A DNA stretch of 64,000 nt from Azolla caroliniana (lineage: Eukaryota > Plantae > Polypodiophyta), in the NCBI GenBank assembly GCA_043228905.1, contig JBHGNT010000018.1, positions 16,244,001-16,308,000 on the forward strand. The letters run 5' to 3'. The translations under genes were made by a program, and so were the position numbers. Position 1 is the stretch's first letter, and each line of letters opens with the position of its first letter. A model generated the notes under the pieces. It made no database searches, was not told where the DNA came from, and saw only the letters and a program-made list of their open reading frames with translations. This document shows, one piece after another, positions 47,619 through 58,901 of this stretch.

Positions 47619-50600
47619 ATGTCCAGCCAAATGGAAGGGGAAGAAGGGTGTTTAGAATTACCCCTCAATGATCATAAGGATAGGGATGATGCTATCAGGA
47701 CACAACAAGCCATACGAAACTATTGGGCAGAAAAAAAAAGGAAACATCGTCAATTGTTGAAAGATACGAAAGCCACACTCAGTAAAGGTAAGGATAGTTT
47801 AGCTGAGAATGTAAGTAATGCGACTACCATCATAGAGAGAAAGGTTGTAGACTATTTCAATGTTCAAACCAAGCACATCAGCAATGAAGAAAAGAAGGTA
47901 GTACTTTATGGAATATGTAATGATCCATCGATAAAGGACTTAGTTGATTGTGATGGTCTTAATGCAAACATATCATCTATTTTAGTAAATAATCTTCGTA
48001 ATAGTTTCGTATCCATGAGCAGGTCAGAAGATGATATTGTCTTAAAAAGTTCTAGTCTAATGATGTTACTTAATAGTGATGTTGACGATATAAACATCAG
48101 TGAGCTATCTAAGGTAATTGGTATTAGTAGAAAAACAGTGTACAATACAATGAACCGTATAATTTCCTCGGGTGAAGGAACTAGTCTACTAAAGCTAACT
48201 ACAAGATGTAAGCCAATGACACCCATAACATTTGAAATCAAGGATGTAATCCCAATGTTTTGGACTAATGAGAGTAGGATTTCACCCAATAAAAAGGATT
48301 TATGCAGGAAACGTGTTGGAAGAAATCAATACGAGGAGCATCCCATTCATCTTCTTGATGTACCTCAGGTATTTACATTTATCTCAACATTTGTTTTGAC
48401 TCTACACGGAAAGTTAATTAGCTCAGTTAGCAGAAAAGCTAATTAGCTTATCAGTTACATTTACCTCAGTTAGCTACTAGGATAGCTACTACATAGGTAA
48501 CTGGATACTCTCAATAGCTACTACCATGATAGCTAATTAGCTATTCTCAATAGCTAATTTAGGTACTACCAGATAATTAGTTGTACTGGTAGCTAGTTAG
48601 CTATCATGGTAGCTAGTTAGCTATTTCGTTATTACCAGCTAATTAGCTACTAGGAAAGCTAATTAGCTACCATGATAGCTAATTAGCTACTAGGATAGCT
48701 ACTACATAGGTAACTGGCTACTCTCAATAGCTACTACCATGATACCTAATTAGCTATTCTCAATAGCTAATTTAGGTACTACAAGATAATTAGTTGTACT
48801 GGTAGCTAGTTAGCTATTTCGTTATTACCAGCTAATTTGCTACCATGATAGCTAATTAGTTAGGACAGCTAATTAGCCACCATTATAGCTAATTAGCTAC
48901 TAGACTAGCTAATTAGCTACCATGATAGCTAATTAGCTACTAGACCAGCTAATTAGCTACCATGATAGCTAATTAGTTACTAGGATAGCTAATTAGCCAC
49001 CATGATAGCTAATTAGCTACTAGACCCGCTAATTAGCCACCATGATAGCTAATTAGCTACTAGAGCAGCTAATTAGCTACCATGATAGCTAATTGGCTAC
49101 TAGAATAGCTAATTAGCTACCACGATAGCTAATTAGCTACTAGGACAGCTAATTAGCTACCATGATAGCTAGCTAATTAGCTACTAGAATAGCTAATAAG
49201 CTACTAGAATAGCTAATTAGCTATTAGGATAGTTAGCTAGTTACGAGAATAACTAATTCCCCTTTATTACGCAGGTCGATTTATTTATTAGGTTCAAACG
49301 AATGCATCCAACTATCAAAGTTCAACTACGAACATTCGAGTCTCTTAAGCCACACTTTGTGAGACGCTTAAAGGATCGATACACATGTTGTTGCATTTAC
49401 CATGTACAGATGGGTTTTCTGAAGGACTCTGTTAATCTACTACGTCACCATAGCGCATCCCTAACTAATACAGTTTGCACATGTGGGTGCCCAATCTATC
49501 GATCAAGCCCGCAAGAGGAGTGTAAATCATCTGAGCACGTTATCTCTTCCATGAGTTATTTATTAGATTCAATATTGTGTCCGAGAGAAACTGACGTTAT
49601 CTTCCATATTCATAAATGTGTCATGGGTTTATGTCAAGATTGTGGCCCTACTAGATTTAGGTGGTGTCCAAATGAATTGAGTAGTGAAATATTGATCTCT
49701 GTGAAGTTCTTTGAGTCAGTGAACACCAATTTCGAAGGAAAGGTGTGTAAAAGAAAGGATCTAGTTCGGAAGATGCTTAAACCAAGGGATTTGGTGTCTC
49801 TGTTTGTAGTTTCTCTAGGAAAGTTTATTAAACACAACTTCATTTATTCATGGCAGGCCCATCAGTTTAAGACTTGCATATCTGATTTCCCAAATGATGT
49901 AGTAGTCTCAGTAGTAGATTTCGCAGAGAATTATACTTTCAAGCAGCAGAATGAAATTCAATCTATGCATTGGTGTTCAGTTCAGGTAACCATTTTTGTG
50001 CACATAACATATTTTCGAGTTTCAGGTGATGTTAAAAAAGTAATTCATTTCTTTATTTCCGATGATAAGAAACATGATACCTTGTTCGTCCAACACTGTT
50101 TTAAGTTACATTGGCAGTGGTTATTAGCTCAACGTTTGGAGCTTACTCAACATTAGGTCTGGTTTGACGGAGCTGCGTCGCAATTCAAGGCTCGACGTCC
50201 ATTTTATTTTGTGGGGAGGTATCCTGCTATAACAGGTTTGGAGATAAGATGGAATTTTTTTGGGTCTGGCCATGGTAAAGGTGAACATGATGGTGTAGGG
50301 GCTGTTATAAAGCGGGCACTTACCCATGAACAACTAAAGACAGATGGTGAGCACATGAATTGTGCATCACATGTAGTTGAATTTTTAAGAACAAATATGT
50401 CAACGAGTGCCACAGGATAAGATGGAATTTTTTTGGGTCTGGCCATGGTAAAGGTGAACATGATGGTGTAGGGGCTGTTATAAAGCAGGCACTTACCCAT
50501 GAACAACTAAAGATAGATGGTGTGCACATGAATTGTGCATCACATGTAGTTGAATTTTTAAGAACAAATATGTCAACGAGTGCCACAGGTGTTTATTCCT

Positions 50601-51273
50601 CGCAAGTCCGAGATATCAAACGTGAATTTTGGGAAGTGAAGATAGATGAAGTAAATAGGGAGAAGACCTGGGAGTGCCAAGGAATTCCCGAATTGCGATC
50701 TCTGCATGTTGTTCGCGGTTATTCCAGGTTGGATGGTCATTGTATTGCGGTTAGAGAATTGACTTGTTTTTGCTTCCATTGTGTGCAGGGAAATTGGAGA
50801 TATTGTCTAAACAAAGCATACATTCAGAATTGGGAGTATCACACTTTGAATGATAAGGAAGCAGTTGATGGAGAAACAGGGCAGAATGCTGACTTGGAGA
50901 TACTTTGAGTGATGTCTTGAACGTTGGGGATAACTTCGTTGTAAATGCTGAAGAAGGCAATTCAGAGGGTGTTGATTTCTATATATTAAAGTGCACGGTT
51001 AGTAAACAGTGTGCAAGGCAGAATATTGTAGATGCATGGGGAAATTTTGTATCTGCCGGGACATTCTACATCGAAGGCATTTTTTATGCAAAACTAGATG
51101 ACTACGAATATGTGTACAGGCTGTTAGAAGACAAACCAACGGCGTACATGTACTCTCATTTGGTCAGGTGCATCAACGTCCCAATGTCAGAATACAATAG
51201 CTGCTCAGGTTTATACACTGTTGGTGCTAATGTGTATGAATGTATTTACAATAGTATGCCATGGAATTTGTAG
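47619..51273 (+). pseudogene. Sola2-type DDD transposase (exon 1 47619-48368, intron 48369-49274, exon 2 49275-51273)
   Basis: GT-AG splice gives LLDVPQ|VDLFIRFKRMHP; motifs CCCIYH, VDFAENY, QNEIQSMHW, SDDKKHD, WFDGAASQFK, GHGKGEHDGVG; inactivated by TAG 50154, a 173-bp duplication and a frameshift near 50900. Confidence 0.85.
48410..49256. repeat. Palindromic AGCTAATTAGCT minisatellite filling the transposase intron
   Basis: Dozens of copies with ~20-21 bp period, e.g. GATAGCTAATTAGCTACCAT. Confidence 0.92.
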
Positions 51274-51329
51274 CTACAAGTAGCACTTACCATGTTCTCT
51301 AGTAAAACAAACATGTATTTCGCGAAAAC

Positions 51330-51700
51330 AGTTAAATTAGCCTTTTTACACAACTATTGTTCTAGCTAATTAGCTAGTACCATAGCTAATTAGCTACTAT
51401 GATAGCTAATTAGCTGCTAGTAGCTAATTAGCTACTAGGATAGCTTATTAGCTACTTTACACAACTATGGCAGTAGCTAATTAGCTAGTAGGATAGCTAA
51501 TTAGCTTTTTTACACAACTATGGTACTAGCTAATTAGCTAGTACCATAGCTAATTAGATACTAGGATAGTTAATTAGCTAGTAGCTCATTAGCTGCCAGT
51601 AGCTAATTAGCTAGTACCATAGCTAATTAGCTACTAGGATAGTTAATTAGCTAGTAGCTCAGCTAGTAGGATAGCTAATTAGAAAAGACTAAGCTTATTA
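51330..51700. repeat. Second AGCTAATTAGCT array between the convergent genes
   Basis: Same core motif as the intronic array. Confidence 0.9.
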
Positions 51701-53646
51701 GCTACAATATGGTATACCTGTTAGTTTTATCCACTCATTTGGTAGAGCTGTACTGCAATCTCCCAAACAGAATGCAGCAATTCGACAGGCATGTTGAAAA
51801 CAAAGCAGATGGTATGTGTGGTTGCATGGTTGTAGGTGAATCAACAAAGACGCAGTTTTGTCCTCCACACCTAACCCGCAAGCGATGCAACGTGCTTGAA
51901 CTGTCAATAAATCATTTTCTGGTTCTGCTTCATTTGGTAAGGGAGCAAGAATGTTCAGGTCCAAATCCTGTCTGGTCCTTACCATTCCCTCCACAAAATG
52001 TAGCTGCTTCTTAAGGCAGCTAACTACCTATTCTTGATGAATGTATTGTTCCTTCAACACAATAGAGAAATTTACCGATTAATTATTCCTGTTGTTGAAA
52101 GATACACCAACTTTGGTCAGGAATCGTTAACTTACTTGAAGCTTATCCAAATTGTAATCTGCAACAGTATTTGCACCTAGAAGGTCCAGGTTCTTTTAAA
52201 GAACCTGGATCTCTATTTGCAGTTGTATTTTACGTTGGGGATCCAGTGGCCCCTCTAATTCAAGCTCCTATTGCGCAACCTATTCCAGATAATGCTTGAT
52301 TAGCACATTTTACCCTTAAAGTTATTTATAACACAATCACATACTAGCAAAACAATAGTTTCCTGAATCTTATTTCTAATCGTTGTAACAGCGGAAGTAA
52401 CTTTGCTCTCCATTGCAAAAGCCATTGTGGCTTTCTCTAAATCAGTCTTAAAAAATGCCAATGTCTCACAGGCTTCAAGGACATTTTTTTGCATATAGCT
52501 AACCAATGTCTCACCTGTATCATCGACATTGGCTTTCCTTGGGTGTTGATGTGGTGTATGCCCCTGGTCTTGCTGGGAGTCGGCAGTTGCATCAACAGTT
52601 GCCATGCTCCAAAATTTGTCTATTTTTTGTGCCAAGGTCCCCATCTTTCGGCATCTTTTTACCAATGCCTCACCATAGACTGCCCAAGCTACCCTATACA
52701 TTTCAGGGTCTCTGGATTCCTTCGCTGTTTTGCAGTACTCATATGCAAATGCTCTAGCAAATGAAACTGACAACTCATTGTTGACTGGGATCTCCTGATG
52801 AACTTTCTGGTGCAGTCTCATGCAGTCATCGTACAAGTCAGCTCGTACATGCTTCAGCTTGACCTTGCCTTTGACTCTAGGCACTGTATATTCTGTCATC
52901 CAATCTACATCACTGATCAATTTATCACTTAGGACAGCAGGGTCAACACCCTCGAGTGATAGACCATAGGTGTTGTGGAAGTCCTCCTTTGTCTCGCAAA
53001 ATTTTGCGAAGTTTAGCACTCTCGTATACGGAGGAACGAGCCATCTGAAATGTCATTTCAGAAATCAGAAATAGTGCAAAATCAGAATATCTGAGAATCA
53101 AAAACCCCAATCAACAACAACAAAAATGGTGCAAAATCTTTAACTTAGCAAATCAGAAACCCTAATCATAATTTGTATTCAGAAATTTGAAATCAGAAAC
53201 CCTAATCAAAATCTGTAATTAGAAGTTTGAAATCAGAAACCCTAATCAAAATCTGTAATCAGAAGTTTGTAACCAGAAACCTTATTCAGAAATTCTAATC
53301 AGAAATTTATAATCAAAAACCCTAATCAGAAATTTCAATCTGAAACCCTAATCAGAAATTTCAATCACAAACCCTAATCAGAAATCCTAAACAGAAATTT
53401 ATAAACAAAAACCCTATTCAGAAATTCTAATCAGAAATTCTAATCTGTAATCAAAATTTGTAACCAAAAACCCTATTCAGAAATTCTAATCAGAAATTTA
53501 TAATCAAAAACCCTAATCAGAAATTTATAAACAAAAACCCTAATCTGAAATTTCAATCAGAAACCCCAATCATCACTAAAGACAGGATTAAACACAAAAA
53601 AAGTAATATAAACACACCTGTTGCTACTCCCCGATTTGCGAGACAT
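51698..53646 (-). pseudogene. Second gene of the Sola2-like element: spliced, helical/coiled-coil protein ending in a RING-like finger
   Basis: ATG 53646; GT-AG introns 53045-53617, 52280-52344, 52052-52135; reads MSRKSGSSNR|WLVPPYTRVLNF...; C-terminus CIAC...QPCNHTYHLLC...CLGDC; a few premature stops. Confidence 0.7.
53050..53575. repeat. AAACCCTAATCAG-type degenerate minisatellite in intron 1 of the second gene
   Basis: Repeated AAACCCTAAT alternating with CAGAAATTT. Confidence 0.85.
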
Positions 53647-56589
53647 CCTTGTATGGGACTCCAAGGACTTCGCCCTATTCGATTTTGGGGAAATATGAAT
53701 CGGCACCAAAGTTCAAACAGTAGTCAAAAAGAAAAAAACAAATGTTTGGGGTTTCTGTAACTGAAACATACCTGGACGATGATCGAGCGGGTTCTGTGTT
53801 GTAGCTCTCAATCTGCAATGTCGATTTTCTACTGTTGCGGGAGCTACGTCTGCGTTCGTGCTCTGAGTACTCCATCTGCGTTCAAAATCAGACTTAGAAG
53901 TTCATTGATGGTGCTATTCCCCAAGTTCCACTACGTTTGAAACAGAAGTTAAAATATTTGAGTTTTTTCATAAATTAGTTTTTCAAATATTTGATTTTCC
54001 CACAAAAAAGACTAGCTAAACAAATAGCTAATTAGCTATGGCCATTTTAGTAGCTAATTAGCTATAATAGTGTTTCCACTCGCATGCTTTTACCCAGATA
54101 CCTGTTGAATTGACCGGAAAAATATTCTTTTCTGCCATCCAACTGCAGGCACTTGATCTTCCCTTCCGTTTCCCGTTCAACCAGTCTTTGCAGGTTCTGG
54201 AAACACTCGAAGACTTCGCTCTTCCGCTCAATGAGATAGATCCATGTGTGCCAGCTGTAGTCGTCGATGAAGGAGACGAAATATCGACTCCCGCCAAGAC
54301 TCACGTTCTGTGTCGGTCCCCATACATCCGAATGAATAAGGTCGAGCTTGTTACGGCTACAGTTTCGTTTGGTGGGGAATGGAAGCTGGTGTTGTTTCCC
54401 GAGTTGGCAAGCTTCACATATTTGGGCCTTCCGGCCACTAAACTTCGGCAAACCGAAAACAACATGTTTCATTTGCAAGTCTTGAAGCCTCCGGTAATTG
54501 ACGTGGCCAATCTGCTTGTGCCAAAGATCGATATCCGATTCAATCTTCCGTCCTTTGGCGAACAAAGCGGTGTCGACGTCATTGATGTCGAGGATAAACA
54601 TCCTCCTGTCGTTGTGCCCTTGTGCAATGATTTGGCCATCTTCCTCGATGAAGCACCCAAGGTGCGTAAACTGCATCTGCATCCCCTGGTCGACAATCTA
54701 TCCAACTGACACTAGGTTCTTCGTGATAGTCGGAACGTGTAATACATTCATCAGCTTCCCCCTCTATTCGACGTGGCTCAAAGGGACTTCTCCGACATGC
54801 ACGATTGGGTGGGGAGTGTCGTCTCCGGTTTTGACAACTCCCGGTTGTTCCGATTTCTCCAGGAAAGAGAACCACTATTTGTGGCTCGTCATGTGATTCG
54901 ACGCACCGGAATCAACGTACCACACTTCCTCCGATTTGGAAGTGGTCTTCTTCATCAAGTTAGCCTCGTGTTTCATCACCAAGGCTGGCCTGGCCCTTTA
55001 CTGGCTTTTCCGGTTTTGGATCCTCTCGATCCTTCTACGTAGTGCGAGTATTGCCGGATCCGGATCTCTCTGAATCGGCGCGCTTCTTCCAGCACTCGCT
55101 TTCTCTGTGGCCCTTTTTACCACAGTACCAGCATTCCGTGTCGGCCTTTGCTTGCCGGCCTCCGGCGCCGCCTTGATTCCCCCTGCTTGTGGAGGGTCCA
55201 AAATTGTTGTCGGCACGTTCTTTGTGCCTTCGGTCCAGCTCTTGCCGGCGGCTACCATTACAAGCCGACCCGCCTCGTCCACCACGCCCACGGGGCCGAT
55301 CTGCCTTCGTGTACAACATCCGGTTGTTGGTGGGTGCACTTGTTGACGCACCGACGTGGTTCTCCTCTAGAAGGAGCATCGACTGTAAGTCGAAAAATGA
55401 TGGCCTATTCTCACTCGTACAGACAGCCGTTCTGAAAACTCTGAACTTAGACGCTAACCTGCCAAGGCAAACCTACACCATCTCGTCCTCCTCGACGTTC
55501 ACGTTGACAGAGGCGAGTGAGTCGCAGATTTCTTTAATCTTGGTGGTGTAGTCAACCACTGACATATCTCGTTGTCGTACATTGCTCAACTCTTGCTTGA
55601 GTTGAAGCTTCCTGGCTGTAGTGCTTGTCGCGAAGACCTTTTTCAGATTTCCCCAAGCTTCTTTGGGCGTCTTGCCATCTTGGATATGGCTCAACAGCTG
55701 GTCTCCGACACTAGACGCAAAGCAGTACATCACTCTGCTTGCCGCTTGTTCCCACACAGGGAAGTCCTTGTGTGTCGCATGAGGTGTTGTGTCGTTAGCT
55801 TCGTCGACATAACTCCAGTAACCATGCCCAAACAGGTACTGGTGCATCTTGTAAGACCAAGATGCGTAGTTGGTTCTGTCGAGCTTCTCCACCGGCAGCG
55901 AGCTAGCCATTCCTCTATCCATTTTGCTTTTACCTGTTCTTCTTGGTTGGTTTCCTTTTCAAGCTATGTCCGCTGCAAAGGTTCTCAACCCTCGCGCTCT
56001 AATACCATGTAAAAGAATACGTTGTGCGGAAGCAATAGAAAACCGAACACAAAAAACACAGGTTTAATGGAGAGCTTAGAATATACATAGTACGGATGAG
56101 AGACAGAGAATGAGCAAAACGTTAATAATCTATTACCAACAATAATAGTTCTCTGTACATAAAACGTGCTCAACAACACTATTTATACAAGTCCTAAGAG
56201 GACTGACTGAAGTACCGCGTACTGCAATGCTCACTCGAGCGTCTGACACTAACTCCGAGACTATTAACTACCTAGTAGTCTAGGCTACTACTAGGCTTCC
56301 GGTTACTGTTTGATCCAACTAACCGGCGCCCCAACTCATCAGCTCCCTTGCTCACCGGCTCACTGATCCGGCTCATCCTTCTGGATGCCAATCCGGCTTA
56401 GGCTTATTCAGCCGATCCAGATCCAATTGAGCTTGCCGCTTAACAACTATTTAATAGTCAAGGGGCAAATTGACCCCATTCAGAATGAAGACCCTCCAGA
56501 AAGATACAACCCACTTGAATGGGAAAAACTCAACAGAATCGTCTGAGCCACCATTCGGATGCATCTATCGGAGTCTGTGTACTTCACGG

Positions 56590-57752
56590 TGTCGTGAAAA
56601 AAAATCCATCACTACGTGCGGATCGTGAGGTGGAACCGCCGGGGTCCTGGACCGGAAGGATTCGAAGTTTGAACTTGCTTTAGCAAGAAAGTATCTAAGA
56701 TAGATTGAAAGAGAGAGAGCTTGAGATAAAGATTAAATGCTTGACTTTAGATTTGGGAGACAAGATTAATACATCACCAAACGGGATAACGAATTTTCTT
56801 ACTTTTAATTTTTTACTTTAGATTGAGAGAGATTGATATGACGAAAGAGAGATATTGAGATAAAGATTGAACTTTTAACTTTTAGATTTAAGAGAGAAGA
56901 TACATCAACAATAGGATTACAAGTTTCTTATTTTTCCCAAATTTTTCATTAGTTTCATTTACTTGATTCCTCCACTCTTTTATAGATGCTCCCATGCATA
57001 TGGTGCATGTGAGGGTGCAAGACATGCACGTAATGCATGAAATGGATGCAATGCATGCTTGCCATGTCATCATCTAAGCTCTCATGTATGAGAATTTACA
57101 TGTAAAAGTATAATGATAAAAATATTACTTCTAAGGAAATGACTTGGCTTAGTGGTAAGTATATTGCTTCCTATCTTGGAGGTGCAAGGTTCAAGCCTTA
57201 TTCACATCTGTTTTAAAATAGAAAATACTACAAGGCTTTTGGTCTTGTATTTACACCGAAAATCTTCAAAACACCATGCATCGCGATCAACCGACCGATC
57301 CGTCTTTTCGGTCCCGTCCGATCGCCGTCTGGGTCCGGTCGGCCAAAACCTTTACAAGTTGTTAGGCCACGCCCATTCATCCAATTAGTTTAGCTCAAGT
57401 CACCTTGGACATTCTATGATCCACTCCTAGACACAAAGTAATAGATTTTGGCCCTGCTTATATACTCTGGGATCCTTATTTGTTCTGTCTATGTGGGATA
57501 TCTCGTAGTTTTGTTTTTTCTCTTATTCTTCATAAACTTCATGCCCACATAACTTGCCACTTAGTTGTCCATTTCTTATGTGGTAAAATGTATTTGAAAG
57601 CTCTTGAAGACCTCCATCTTTTTGTACCAAGATATTAAACTAGTATAAAATAGTGTTTTCAATATTATTGTTTTATGTTGTGTGTGAAGAACCACACTAG
57701 ATTTTGTACATTCAATTCAATTTTCACACCATTGTCGAAAATCTTCACGACA
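56590..57752. mobile_element. Solo LTR (1163 bp), probably of the same Gypsy lineage as element E
   Basis: TGTCGTGAA...TTCACGACA ends; TSD ACGG; shares the CTTCACGACA terminus with LTR 58133-58826. Confidence 0.75.
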
Positions 57753-58901
57753 ACGGTGCAATCGTGTTTGACTGCCTTCCAACTATGGAAGACACTTTCG
57801 GACACTTATGAAAAGGAGGTCTTCGCCACCAAGATATGCCTGATTCGACGCGTTTATAACCTTCAGATTAAAGAGTCTGACTCGGTCCAGGCACATCTAA
57901 ACGATTACGAAAGCTTAAGCTCCCAAATTTCAGCCCAAGGGATGATTATCAATGATGAACTAAAAGCAATGTTGCTCATGAGTAGTCTCCCTCCTTCGTG
58001 GGAAACTTTCATTACAACCGTGTGCAATGCGTCGACAGCTGTCGTCAAGTACTCCTTAGTCATGAGTGCAATTCTAACTGAAGCAGCTCGGAGAAAATCG
58101 TTTCCTAACGATTCAGCCAACAACGCTTACGTTGTCGCGTTGTTACGCGCGTGCGTACAGAACGAGGCGGGACCACCGAGGTCTTGGACCGAGAAATAGT
58201 TGAGAAGGAGGAGAACAAAAAGGCAACAGACGCACTTGCACACGCACAGACACGGGAGCACACAGGAATCACAGTCCAACAACACAGCAAACGAGACGAC
58301 TAGAAGTCCGAGTATAAGAACACGTATGTATACAAATATATATATATATATATCAAGACGGTTACAACTAACAGGCCGGCAAGGCGAACACCGCCGCCTG
58401 TTCACTCACACACAGAAGAGCGAGATGGAGACTCTGCCGGAAGCACACGGGTGATCCACGGAGCAGAGTCAGCCTCCCGAAACCTACGCAAAAAGGGCTA
58501 TGGAGAGTGGCAGAGGAGAAGGGCTCGGTCCCAGTCCGGCAACACTTCGTCCTGTCTAACGCGCGATACCTTTTCCATTCCTCTCCCTCTCTTTTATAGC
58601 CCAAGGAGGGAGGCCGTTATCATCCGTTACATCACATTAATTCTCTGTCCTTTCAGACAGAGATACACCCCGATTCTCTCCCTATTGAATGCGTGCTACC
58701 TAGGATTTCACCTCAACCTACTTGTACCTACCTACTTACCATACAACGAAAAGTGTGCTCGCGTGTAAGGGCCGGTTTACACACGCTAAACTCGGTTTCC
58801 GCCTAGGGACGGTTTTCTTCACGACATCCGCCCCCACCTAACCGCGCATCCACCGGTACGCGCCAAAATTGGGCACTTGCTGGAGAAAACCGGTCCATGC
58901 T

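Larger units (their letters stand above)
46444..54095 (+). mobile_element. Sola2-like TIR DNA transposon, 7.65 kb, two convergent genes
   Basis: 25-bp TIRs GGGTGAAAGCATGCGAGTGGAAACA / TGTTTCCACTCGCATGCTTTTACCC (1 mismatch); 4-bp TSD AGAT; removing it restores host integrase FNRYLQQKGI; GRG...CYC ends and 4-bp TSD are Sola2 features. Confidence 0.85.
37300..56445 (-). mobile_element. Ty1/Copia family C copy C2 (decayed; hosts B3 and the Sola2-like element)
   Basis: LTRs 37300-37725 and 56008-56445; TSD ACTAT; PBS 55996-56007; PPT 37726-37733; gag 55035-55922, INT 54100-54682 and 45143-46443, RT/RH 44305-45300 and 38340-38672. Confidence 0.93.
36402..58132 (+). mobile_element. Copia D 5' part (LTR 36402-36725, PBS 36728-36739, gag split by three insertions); 3' part lies outside the window
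   Basis: Gag reads across the insertions: MAST...KFDRSNFNFWKEYMQDY|LIVKGQ...TIRMHLSESVYFT|VQSC...LMSSLPPSWETF. Confidence 0.85.
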
